A stretch of DNA of 64,000 nt. Source: Octopus sinensis. Lineage: Eukaryota. The stretch spans positions 124,001-188,000 of the forward strand of contig NW_021835997.1 in assembly GCF_006345805.1 (NCBI RefSeq). The letters are read 5' to 3'. The notes under the pieces were generated by a model. That model saw only the letters and a program-made list of their open reading frames with translations, was not told the DNA's origin and did not search any database. How positions within the stretch are numbered: the stretch's first letter is position 1; the number at the start of each line of letters is the position of its first letter. A program made the translations under genes and the position numbers. Below, in pieces: positions 1 to 14,234 of this stretch.

Positions 1-1170
1 GTCCGACAACGGCGAAAACTGCAAAGCCAGCATAAAAACTCGTGCAGCAATTAACTAGAGCGCATATTATGGCATCTTTGTTAAAGTTGTAGTGGAAATT
101 ATTGTATGAAGAATAAAACATCAACGAACCAAATCCAATACCCAAAGAAGCAAATATCTGAAATGCCGCTCCAATCCAAACCTATATATACAGAAATGAG
201 ACAATACGGATCCTTTCTTGAGTTCATTCCAAGTCGGACTTATATAATATATAATCCCCTTATATGCATTTTTTAGCATAGCTCCTCGAACTAAAAGAAT
301 AGTTAACAACAAATAAGGGAGAGTAGCCGTGAGATAGACCGCCTTTTTATTAATGAATAATACCTTTCCGCTACTTTTTATTCCTCTAATAAAACAGACA
401 AAAACCAAAGCCCACTCGACAAAATTAGCTCCTAGGAGGCTATAAACGACATGGCCAGTGTTTCCAATGCTGTCACTTTTGTCTAATATTTTATACCTTC
501 GTTAAAAAATCAAAATCATACATCCAAAATTCTTCAGCAGCGGAGACCGGCCTAAATGTACTGCAATTAAAATGAGTCCAAAGATTGTTTAAAATTTGCT
601 CAGAAAATGCGTTATTGTCCAGTAGGAATTGCTTGGTGGATTCATTGTCGCATATTAAGTTTTTATTTATTGATTCTAGAATATTCATAAAAAGATACTT
701 AGGGTCAACAGTCCAGGAATGTCCACAGTTGAGTTTGTAAGTCTATTCACGCAATTTTCTGTATTCCAAGGATTGTTACATTCCTTCCAAGGCAAATTGG
801 TTTTCAAAGAATAATAAAAGTATAGAATCGCATATGAAATGACTGTATTGGAGTACGATGAAACATTAAATGAAATCACACACATCCCATATCCGATTCC
901 TCTCATTATTGAGACCATCGCAAATGAATTTACTGGACGACTTGAACTGAATTGTCCAATAGCAAATTCCATGTTCAATAACGGAATCCCAATTATAAAT
1001 AGAAATATAAAATACGGTACAAGAAAGCCACCTAATTATTAAGCAAAATAGAGACAACCTCCTCCGTTAGAGTAGGCCTTGTAAGGAAACCGCCAAATGT
1101 TCCCAAGGCCGACTGCATATCCAATGACGGACAAAACAAATTCAATTTGATTTGACCATTTCTCGTTCAT
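1..1170 (-). CDS. SLC6 (sodium:neurotransmitter symporter) family transporter, 5' part, intact; continues beyond position 1
   Basis: Spliced translation [44 protein letters not shown]...[15 protein letters not shown]...[18 protein letters not shown]; frame stays open after removing GT-AG introns at 1032-1058, 676-698, 497-521, 343-363, 182-207. Confidence 0.95.
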
Positions 1171-1789
1171 GAATAAGAATTGGATGAATATTTATAAAAT
1201 CAAAATTCTATGTAATTTAGGTTAGCAATAATTTATTGTTACTAATCAAACTAAAATAAAAAACTAATAATATTAATAAAATACATCAATCAGGAAGGAA
1301 AAATATGGCAATATTGTTTTAAAAAAATAAACTGCTTCACTCTATTTTAAATTTCGAAGAGTCCCGGGAATCAAGACTGAAATTAGTAGAATAAAACAAA
1401 AAATTTGACTTTTATAACAAATAAGAGTCAATGAGTATTATCATTGATAATTGACCAAAAATAAAAAAACAAGTGATAAAACAGCTTTTATCTAAATATT
1501 ATTAACTGGAAAAAATAGTTTTGTTGTCACCGACAAATTAAAGCAGCTTTTTACCTGTAAACTAAAAAATATTTCATGTATTTAAGTGATGATTTACAAA
1601 AATATGATTTAACTGAAGTTTCTTTTCACTGTAGCCTTAGTTTAACTGCTTTTTTTCTCTATTTTTTCTTCAAAAACGGAGACTGTCAATATATTATGTT
1701 GTGGATTGAGTAAACATCACTAAACTAAGTAAAACTAAATATGCGTTCTGTTTAAAGGTTTTGTTGATCAAGAAAACAAATAAAATAAA

Positions 1790-3984
1790 TTTATTCGTTA
1801 AAATATATATAACTGTTCATGTTTATATTTCTCATGAAGACATTTTTCGTTTAAACGAATCCAAAGCAGATATCATCAGGACAATTAATTGAATTTTGTT
1901 CCATTTTTTCTCCACAAAATGAACAATTTGTTTCCTGATAGTTCGTTTCGATTTCTTCAATATTTTTTTCTAAAAATTTCGACAAATCGAGAAAAACATT
2001 GTCTTCTAATTTCTTTTTTCTAATCTGAAATATTTTTTCGTAGCGAGTGTGCAGCCATTCACGGTAACTCGAAATTGACTCCCACAAATAATCAATTCTT
2101 TTACTTTCACGTTCTGGGAAAAAATAACTAAATTAATTTTCCATTATAAATTTTACCTGCAAATAATTCTACGAAAACGTAAAAAATATGATTCGGCAAT
2201 GCAGGAAAGAATAATCACAAAAAACACAAGTAAATTTGTTTAATGATGATTATTGGTGTTTGCACAGGATTGGAAATGCACTCAGTGTTCTCAAAAGAGA
2301 AAGATTCACTTTCAAGAATTTTGACAAGCTATAAATGTTTATAACATAAAAATACGCCAAGTAAATTTCCGATGTACTTTTTTACACCCTCGTGGTTAAT
2401 TTTGACATCCTCAGATTTCAGGTTGGATGCCGTAGTTGTTTTTATTCCTCCAACAAAAATCTCTCTAAATTCCATAATGATGTAGTAGAGTAAATAGTCG
2501 GCCAGAATCATCACATTGACTGGAATGATCCACAAGAATGTTATTTTTATGATATTTGTGAACAATGTGGTTTTTTCGAATGAAGTCATTTTTGCTGCCT
2601 TCACGTCAATGTATTTTTCTTTTTCAGCACTTTTCAGCGGCAATATTTGTCTTCCTTTTTTCTAATAGATAAACCCAATAAATATACATTTTTAAACACG
2701 ATAGCATCTTTTTTCCTGAATTTCTGAGTAATATAATTGTTGTCAAATTGTATATCAGTCAAGGAACCAACGTAGTACTCGAGGGCTTCTTTATACATTG
2801 TCACAAAAATGAAGGACATAAACACTTAAACAAATCAAAGGAAGGCAATAGAAGAGCTTTTGAATATCCCAAACATTCTCCGAATTTTAGTGCCAAGTTT
2901 ATTCCACGTGAACCTTGCTAGTGGTTCTTGTGTTCGAATGATAGTGATCTGTACATTTGTAAAAATAAAATGTACTTTGACGGTTGTGCGATCTCTAAGT
3001 TCTTTTCCGATTGTTTCTTCTATGTAGTCGTTAGGAAAATGACTTTCGTCAAACAGTTTGTTGTCGAAAGATTGCTCACGCTCACACAACCTTCCGGAAT
3101 TGCTCATGCAAAGGTCCAAGTCAAATGCTCCGATTCCTCCAAAAAAATGCAAATATCGAGCACCATAAATGCTCGACATTTTTTTGACACAATGCTCCTC
3201 CGCTTTCCTGATATAATTAAGGATAATTACAGTTGGATGTCTCGACACAATTTTTCTGCTTTTGACATAAGATTTGAGAGCATGACTGGTTTTGAAAAGT
3301 CTGTTTTCTTTTTTGTCTTTTTTTCAGCTTCCATTTCACTCTAAAAAATATTTCAGAAACAATCCAACTTTTGTTTTAATGTACATCACGTCTTTAAATC
3401 CAAACAAGTCAAGGGCTCCTTCTTTTTCTTCTCTGTGCATGCTCACTGTCGATCTGTGGAATCGAGAAAACATATCCATCATCGATTGCACTTTCTTCCC
3501 ACTCGAAGCCTTTATTGCATCAACCTAAAATTAAAAAATAGAGAAAACAAGGCAGGTAGTAGCCGAGGTCACTTCCTGTGCGTTGTTGTATATATATCCA
3601 TTGAATTTGCAAGAAAAAGTGTAATAATGAAACTAAATAATAAAAGTCGTCCCTGATGGCCGCTGATCTTGATCAGTGAGAGCATAAAAATACATCTGGC
3701 ACGGACACTGAAAGCAAATCTCATCATCGATATGGACGCAATCACGATTTTGATAATAAAATTAAAAAACTTGGATTTAAATTAAATGGACATACTTGTT
3801 GTCCTTTGACATTAGAAATTACAAATTTGTGGACACATAATGTGTAGACGAATCCTCCAATCACCCCCAGGAGACATTTTAGTCCCCAGAGATTGGATGA
3901 CGTGAACATCATTATTTTTATAATTTGAAAAATTGTCGAAAAAAGTTGAAACGAGCAATCTTTGAGTTTATTTACGCGTTCCAT
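1790..3984 (-). pseudogene. DCST1: DC-STAMP-domain protein of the DCST1/sneaky/SPE-42 family, near full length but frameshifted
   Basis: Motifs RCIFMLSLIKISGHQGRLLLF, NNAQEVTSATTCLVD, LTDIQFDNNYITQKF..ILPLKSAE, YFLRFRRIICSYFFPERESKRIDYL and C-terminal CSFC..CPDDIC match the family as I recall it; several 23-29 nt introns; at least 3 frame breaks (~3590, ~2830, ~2230). Confidence 0.78.
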
Positions 3985-4072
3985 TGTGTTGGTATTATTT
4001 TGATGCTTTTATGTCAGGGTCCGAAGGTGTGCCTGTGCCTTAAATGTGTCATCTTAATAATAAAATGGTATG

Positions 4073-4141
4073 GTGTGTGTCTGTCTGTCTGTCTGTCTGT
4101 GTGTCTGTCTGTGTGTCTGTCTGTCTGTCTGTCTGTGTGTG
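4073..4141. repeat. (GTCT)n/(GT)n microsatellite near the Helitron 5' end
   Basis: Directly visible. Confidence 0.95.
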
Positions 4142-4164
4142 CACACCAACTTCAAATTGGCAAT

Positions 4165-5060
4165 ACGATGTCCTCGACTTACATGATGAGGTCCTTAAAA
4201 CCTTCCCCCCAAAAAAATAAAAAAAAAATTTTCTGCATTTTGGTTAAAATGAACAACTACAATGTCCTCGACTTACATGATGAAGTCCTTAAAACCTTCC
4301 CCCCCAAAAAAATTAAAAAAAAATTTTCTGCATTTTGGTTAAAATGAACAACTACAATGTCCTCGACTTACATGATGAAGTCCTTAAAACCTTCCCCCCC
4401 AAAAAAAATTAAAAAAAAATTTTCTGCATTTTGGTTAAAATGAACAACTACAATGTCCTCGACTTACATGATGAAGTCCTTGAAACCTTCCCTCCCAAAA
4501 AAAATTAAAAAAAAAATTTCTGCATTTTGGTTAAAATGAACAACTACAATGTCCTCGACTTACATGATGAAGTCCTTAAAACCTTCCCCCCCAAAAAAAA
4601 TTAAAAAAAAATTTTCTGCATTTTGGTTAAAATGAACAACTACAATGTCCTCGACTTACATGATGAAGTCCTTAAAACCTTCCCCCCCAAAAAAATTAAA
4701 AAAAAATTTTCTGCATTTTGGTTAAAATGAACAACTACAATGTCCTCGACTTACATGATGAAGTCCTTAAAACCTTCCCCCCCAAAAAAATTAAAAAAAA
4801 ATTTTCTGCATTTTGGTTAAAATGAACAACTACAATGTCCTCGACTTACATGATGAAGTCCTTAAAACCTTCCCTCCCAAAAAAAATTAAAAAAAAATTT
4901 TCTGCATTTTGGTTAAAATGAACAACTACAATGTCCTCGACTTACATGATGAAGTCCTTAAAACCTTCCCCCCAAAAAATCAAAAAATTATTTTCTGCAT
5001 TTTGATTAAAATGAACAACGCGAATGTCCTCGACATTCATGATGAGGTCCATTAAAACCT
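4165..5060. repeat. ~95-bp minisatellite, 9 full units plus a diverged partial unit, inside the Helitron
   Basis: atgtcctcgac recurs at 4168, 4262, 4357, 4453, 4549, 4645, 4740, 4835, 4931, 5024; length varies in the C and A runs. Confidence 0.97.
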
Positions 5061-5272
5061 TCAAGGCAAAAATCTCACGTATTAAGAATATCCTTGATGA
5101 AAACGACAGCGAGAATATTAACAATGATGAACTCCCAATTATTCGCGATAAAGAAATTCAATTCATCCTATGTTTTTCTCTTTAAAATTAAATGCATATA
5201 TCATTATCGACCATGAATCAAAATTAAAGCTATTATCATATTTGACTTTGACAGAATGTGCAATCACAGATT

Positions 5273-5477
5273 GCACGACTTTGAATAGAGTGTGCAATTA
5301 ACAGATTTTGAAAAACCACTTTGATAGTTGAAACCACATTAGCACAACCATTAACACAATTTACCACCAATTGACGCACGACCTTGAATAGAGTGTGCAA
5401 TTAACAGATTTTGAAAAACACTTTGATAGTTGAAACCACATTAGCACAACCATTAACACAATTTACCACCAATTGAC
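5273..5477. repeat. 103-bp direct duplication inside the Helitron
   Basis: gcacgac.ttgaatagagtgtgcaattaacag...aattgac at 5273 and 5376. Confidence 0.93.
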
Positions 5478-5513
5478 AGCGCAATCAGAAGAATTTGCGT
5501 AAAAATATTAACT

Positions 5514-5654
5514 GGGTTATTTTTAGAGAGTGAGTGCTTTTCACATGGACAGCTGTATGTGGGATGCTCGAGGGTAGGCAGAAGAGAAAATTTATTCATA
5601 TATGCCAAGGAAGGACGGACGACAAACATCGTTTATCAACAGGCGATAGAATAG
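5514..5654 (+). pseudogene. Helitron RepHel (PIF1-like helicase) C-terminal remnant
   Basis: GLFLESECFSHGQLYVGCSRVGRRENLFIYAKEGRTTNIVYQQAIE* is the canonical Helitron helicase C-terminus. Confidence 0.9.
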
Positions 5655-6104
5655 GGTTACATTAAACCAGGTAGTTTTATACATCTACATAAACTTATAG
5701 TTGTTTGATGAAACAGGCCCTCCGCAGGAGCTAGGTCGCGGTGAGCGAAGCGAGCTGCCGAGCTAGTTCAGTTGATAAAAATTGTACTAATTTTGGACAG
5801 ATGAGAAAATAGTCGTTTTCCATAGGTTATTTAGAAGAATCATTATTAGATAATGTATTCAATATTTATTTAAATAAAAAATGTTTTTTATAAAAATATT
5901 GAAATTGACTATTATTAAAATTACATAAATAAAATTTGAAGAGACTGTTGTTAGCTGGTGACAAATGTCGACCTATGAGGTACTTAGTTGATATCCGAGT
6001 ATTAGTCATTTGCCGCCGATTTTTGTTCAGAAAACGATTTAACCTTCCACAATATAGATTTCTCGACATTTGAATCTAATTTAACTCATAAAGATTTTGC
6101 ATAG

Positions 6105-8320
<2,216 letters not shown>

Positions 8321-8324
8321 TCCT

Positions 8325-9005
8325 GGTTGGTGGAGTGAAGGAGTGGGTGTCTATGTGTGGCATATCCTCCCAACCTCCCTCCTTTTATTATTAGACGAGA
8401 CCCGTCCCCCAAACTTGCCAAGATGGGTCGGCAGTATTTGAATTGGCGGGCAACATCAGCAAAGGATAGGAGGCAGTCAAGTTCAGCGAGGAGTGCCACC
8501 AGTCGAATGAGGGAGAGAGCATTGAGTTGAGAGAGAGGAGAATGTCGTACTCACTGTCACATATCGTCCAGCACTCCAATGACAACCACCCTTAGGGGAC
8601 TTGTAGTGTGCCCCCTTCTCTGTCGCAAATTTCAGTTCGAACCCATCCAAATGTATTTCCTCGTTCTCGTCCGTGAAGGGGAGGTTGAGTAGGAATCCCA
8701 CCTGCCGTGAGGAGGACTGACTCACGTGGGGGAGATACACCACTTTCCACTCGCCAATGCAGGAAGGAAGCTCCGACAACTCTTTCATGGCCACATGACG
8801 AAAGACAGTTGTGAATGGTCATTCTTCACTGCCATTAAGCAGAGGAGTACATTCGTCCAGTGCACTCGAATAGTTCGGACGGATGAGGAACTGGTTATTC
8901 GATTCTGCCTGATCAATGTCCAGCACACGTTCAAAGATTTCCCACAGTTTATTCAGGCCTGTTCTCTCTTCAGCACTCCACAATGTCATCACACACTGAC
9001 AGTTT
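8325..9005 (-). pseudogene. MSH5: MutS homolog 5 internal fragment, copy A
   Basis: WKVVYLPH/VGFLLNLP, LDGFELKFATEKGAHYKS, LAELDCLLSFADVARQFKYCRP, GG/RHPLL; two 24-nt introns; frameshifts. Confidence 0.82.
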
Positions 9006-9861
9006 AGAAGGCAGTTGCTGACAAATATTTTTTATTGTTGCTGAAGCTTTTAAGGTCTACGTGATCCTACGAATGACTTCAGACATGATGATCTATATCA
9101 GAACATTTTTATTTAAACGCCAAGACCACGATAAGAGTCAAACAAAAGTCACGTGATCCCGATGCAGTCGACGAGGGACCTCATCTTCGCTGGGTGATCT
9201 TTCCACGAGCCCACACAAGATCCCACCGGGCGGCAGGCCGTTTTTGACGGAGCCGGATTAAAGTGTTTGAAATTGAATCGGGTTCTTAAAACTGTAAACT
9301 GAAATCGATCAATAAGAGAAATGTGGAAAATCATTCGGCACGCGGCAAAGAGCAATTAAACTGCATCTGCAGAATATATTCAAAATAATTGAATAATCTG
9401 ATAAAGTTCTATGCGAAAATATCACATAAGGAGGAGAGGAAATCTGACACAGCACCCTAAAACACAAGAAACGGTCAGCACCTTTTTTTCGATGAGAGGT
9501 GTAGGATACTTTGATAAACCCAAATGTGATACCGTCATTATGGACACAGCCATTTATAAAGAAACGACTCTGCATTTTTCATACCGGTTTATGGTTTTTG
9601 GAAGAATAAAAGAATTTTTACCGTAAAGGTCTTTTCAATATAGGTTTAAAGAGAAGTCCGCGTCTACATGCTTAAAAACATTCACGGATTTCATTCTTAC
9701 TGAATTTGCAAGCAAACCGAAACACTTAAAAAGTTTTCTTTATTCTGTCGGCGTAAACAAAGCCTTTAACTTTGTCTCAAGGAGAATTCTATCAAAGAAG
9801 ATATTTCCAGAGAGACTCAAATTATGGATCTCACATCTTAAGTGGAAAAATGAAAGGGTGT

Positions 9862-10035
9862 GACTTGGAGGGATAAAGTCTACGTATCATCTCCTGCCCA
9901 ACAGAGTACCTCAGGGATCCTCTTTATCCTTGGCCCTTTTCAACTTCTTCCTGGAAGATCTTCCGCCCCCTACCGACAATAATGATTTCATCCTATCTTA
10001 TGCGGATGACATCGTATTGGCCTCACGGGATCTCC
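9862..10035 (+). mobile_element. Non-LTR reverse transcriptase remnant
   Basis: RVPQGSSLSLALFNFFLEDLP...ILSYADDIVLAS. Confidence 0.85.
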
Positions 10036-10689
10036 ACAAGTGAAGAGTACTTCCGCACCTTTTTGCATTAAGAAATTGTGGCGATTGATCCAGGGGCGGT
10101 TTACAGTAAAGAAAACACAGTAATACAGTCCTGTTTTTTCCCATCTCCCCAATCGATCCCAGTAGGTTCAACTATGAAGGAGATTCCGAGGACTTCTAAA
10201 AGCTCTCCTGATAGACAAACTATTTTTGACCAAGGCAAAAGATGGCGATTAACTGAATTTAACGAGTAACTGAATAATCAATAAAAATTTTATGCACAAA
10301 ATTTAAAAATAATTAAACTAAATAAGTAAGGGGGCTAAACCAATAAAGATGAAGAACATGGTTTTATGCTTTATAACATAATGATGGAACTGAAAAATTT
10401 ATAAAATCTGATTAAAAAGTTGTTTTAATCCAATAGTACAAAACTGAATTATTGTATTTAGAACTATAGTGATCTAAAAACAGATGTTTAGCATAAATTC
10501 CAGTCTTTTTGACGAATTAAATTTAAAAAATCCACCTAACTCCATTTGCGAGAATAAATTTTTCTTTGATCTTATTTCTTAAAACCATACTACAATTTCA
10601 TACTCTACCGTCTTTGATGTTGTAGTTATAATTCTACGTCGCGATTAAAGTGATATTTATGAATATACCAACGTGTTAAATTGATAAAA

Positions 10690-10848
10690 ATGTTTCGAAT
10701 AGTAGCTTTGAATTTTCTAATTTCGTCTTAGAATCATATAAGTATGACAACTGTGATGACCATGCCATATCTTGGAGGGGTTGTTCTTGCCGCAGATAGC
10801 AGAGTAACCCAAGATGCGAATACTCCCAACGAAAGCTATAATAAATTG
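10690..10848 (+). pseudogene. Proteasome beta-type (beta1/PSMB6-like) 5' fragment
   Basis: MFRI[30-nt intron 10702-10731]NHISMTTVMTMPYLGGVVLAADSRVTQ; cut off by a CRE fragment. Confidence 0.75.
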
Positions 10849-11255
10849 TTGGGCGTGCACCACGCCATGCAGCACTTAACGACGTTATTCAGAGGGGGCT
10901 CACGGCCGCTGGAATTCCATCAATCCTTGAACCCGTTGGGCTTGCGAGGGAAGACGGAAAAAGACCCGACGGTCTATCGACTTTCCCGTTTGAGTTCGGC
11001 AAGTCTCTGATATGGGATGCGACGTGTTCAGACACTTTCTCGGAGCTTAATCTTCATTCTTCAGCTGTCGAGGCTGGCTCAGTCTCTCGCAAAACCGAGA
11101 AGATGAAGATCGGAAAGTACAAGAAGCTCTCTGAACGATATCTGTTCACTCCTATCGCCGTCGAGACTTTCGGCGTCATCGGCGAAAAGTCTCTCTCCTT
11201 TTTAAAAAAGCTTGGCCGCATGATCTCCCATAAACGGGGAGACCCAGGCGACTCG
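10849..11255 (+). mobile_element. CRE-clade non-LTR retrotransposon 3' fragment (restriction-like endonuclease)
   Basis: RHAALNDVIQRGLTAAGIPSILEPVGLAREDGKRPDG...WDATCSDT...KYKKL...FTPIAVETFG. Confidence 0.85.
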
Positions 11256-14234
11256 GAATTTCAGTGGATATTCGCACAATATTTTTGTATAATTATTGGC
11301 AGTTTTTTCAAACAATTCTGCAGGATTTTCGGGAGATGTGAAGCTAATACACGAATTAATGTATTATCAATATAAAATACACCCAGTGTTATTGACATCT
11401 GGAGTACATTAAAAATATGAGAGACAAATCAATCAAGGTTGTGTGCTTCCTCGACAACAAGCATTTTTAGTGATTTTCGTGGATCACGATATAGCCAGAA
11501 AGTAGAGACGCCAAAAAAAGACAAATCAAAGACTTAATTTTTCTGGATGTCTGCTATTGATTGATTTTAGTTTTATTTGATTCTTTTTTGATTCCTCGTT
11601 ATTTTTAATAGATTTCTTGTTAATAGATAAATCAGAATAAAGATGGAGTAAAAAAATCAAGAAGTTTGACATTTTTTTAGTGAGGACAGAAGGAATGTGA
11701 ATATTCTTCATGTCGATCAAGTTATTGTTTACTGAAATGTGCGACGAGACACCTGATTTGGCATTGGAAATTGATTTGATGTCCCCTTGGTAAATTCATT
11801 TGGGTCTTTCGTTGTTTCTGCGTTGAATCATTTATTGGATTGAGAAAAACTAAAAATCAATGTTTTAAAAAGAGAGAAGAAATATTTTTTTAACTGGTGG
11901 TTATGGAGGTTTGTTTTCAGCTTGTTATTAGTTTAAGTGTGGAACAACAATACTTTACTTTCAGGAATGCGCTATCTCTGGCACACAATTGTCTGGAGTT
12001 CGCCTCTTGGAAGAGCACAAGTACTGGAAGGAATTCAAATAGTAAGAAAGTATTTTTTAACTATTTAGTCTTGTCTATAACGAAAAAGGGCTGTGTCTTT
12101 AAGGGTTAGAATTGAGAGAGTTGACAGAATTAAGAGATTATTCAAAATTGAGTTGAAAATTGAGTCTTGAAAACAAAAAACTCTAGAAACCGAAACCTTT
12201 GATGAAAGGGTGTCAAACGAATTTTGTGCTTCTTTTTAAATAAATATTTTTCCTTTCTTTCGTTACAGTTGAAAGTTAGCGGCAAGATGAAACATATTTG
12301 CGGTGAATGGTGATCAAAAAACACTCATTTCTTTTTCAAGTTCACTGAAAATTTCAAAAAGTGTCTCAAATTGTCAAATCAGCATTGTCTTAATATCAGC
12401 ATTCGATGTGGGGGAAATTACACTTTTTAAGCACGAAAAATATTTAATGTTTCGGACTGTCAATCTTGTTTGCCGTAGTGGATTGAATATTTCATTTGGT
12501 GTAATTGTGTGTATTATAGGTAACAAATCAAGCAATGCCTTGGGGAAGCTTTTCTAACGAGCCTGCCACAATGAAGGCATCTGCCACGGTCTTCACCTCT
12601 GAATACAGATTTTGGAAAAGTCTGGTCTACCTTGTCAATTGTATTCTATATTTAGCATTTTCAAAGAAATTTGATCCACATAGGAAAGAAACTTTCGAAT
12701 TTTTGTATTAAAAGGCATCCTTGAGTTTTCATCGAATTATCTTAATGGGTAAGTTCCCACTACACTAATTATGTGTGATAAAAATTTAGCAGCTAATAAG
12801 AGTCATTAAAGACTCAGATTAATCTTTTCATGTATACATTCCATTTGATGTTTGCTCAACTCTTCACATTAAACTAGAAAAATGATGACAATTAAATAGT
12901 AAATAAATATCCTGCTTTTAAGATGAACAACAAAGCCGTTTAATTCAAAAAATCATATTACAGAAGCTTAAACCACTACGTGCTATGACTACATCAATGT
13001 GAAGGTTTTATATATAATTATCGGAATAAATGGTTTCGGGCAAATGTAAGTTTATCACCTTCCCAGGAATATTTGCCAAATTCTGATGATTCAAGAATCT
13101 GGCAGCATGCACAATTGAATACTCCACTCATCTGTCCAGTAAATATTCATCCAGTAAGGTGACTCACTGGGGCCTCTTCTTGTTGCTTTTGCCGTTGATA
13201 ATGTTGCCAGGAATGTATCATCCGAATTCAACGTTTAGTACTAGATGACTCCACCATAGGCGGTATATCTGAATCCGTCCTTAAGAACTTGAAAATCTTA
13301 ATCCCTTCATTGGACGCCATTATCTCGAAATCAATTCTTATAAATCTTAAATCATAAACATCAATTACGATTCACACCACTTTTCCGATATTCTTCGTTC
13401 CTTCAACACACTTTAAGCCCATTTTTTTGTCTCAGACCGTGCGAACTGGCACATTTTTGTTGGCATCAAACAGTAATCAACTTAGTTTTAATTGTTATGA
13501 TGCACTCGACGCGGCAGCCCCCTTTGGAGGATTCAAATAGTCGAAAGGGAGTTGGGTTCTTATGGTCTTCCAAACTACACTGAAGTAAAGACGGTTATCA
13601 GTCCGTGTCATTCCTAGGTTGTCATTAGGACACCCAATCAAGCCAATTAACTTATTCAACACGTTAATCATTCACTAATCGGTCATTTTACTATTCTTTA
13701 AAGTTTGCGATTTATTTATTGTAAAAATATGCTGTTTTTAAAGATGTGAACAGATTTCAAAAAGCGGGCAGCAATTTGAATGGCTCCTTTTCTATGGAGG
13801 ATAGATCATTCTATGTTCTGATATAGATCATCATATCTGAAGTCATTCGGGAGTGGCTAACCCTGTATATGTTTGTCCAATCTGCGCGGGAACAATGACC
13901 TGATTTCATTCGTTCGAGAACATTCTAGAATAAATGGAATGATAATACAATTGGTGATGAAATACATCTCAATTGTGCTCTTATTTGGGAGAAGGCTGGT
14001 TGATGGGAGGCAAAGACAATATCATATCGTTGAGAGAGAAGTTGGCAGTCACTGGAAGGCTGTCTCATCAGAAATTGGAGTTTACTTCGAGGCAAGATAA
14101 GTTGCTTTCCGTCATCATTTACCACCACTAAAACATTACTCATATTTCCCGCATAAATTCAAATTTTGTTTGCATTTTTAGGCAACAATTCAGTTAAACT
14201 TAATAAGATGATATCTCAATTTAATAACAAAATA

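Larger units (their letters stand above)
4052..5766 (+). mobile_element. Non-autonomous Helitron
   Basis: 5' TC, 3' CTAG preceded by a GC-rich imperfect hairpin; inserted between A and T with no TSD (empty site tgtgtca|ttcag in copy B near 21885); carries a helicase C-terminal remnant. Confidence 0.92.

Noticed and set aside
9084-9170. Box C motif ATGATGA suggesting a C/D snoRNA
   Set aside because: No box D with a terminal stem at a suitable distance
11260-14200. Decayed coding-like sequence (also 9110-9700, 27940-31100, 56300-57900)
   Set aside because: No family recognised and frames are fragmentary; needs BLASTX
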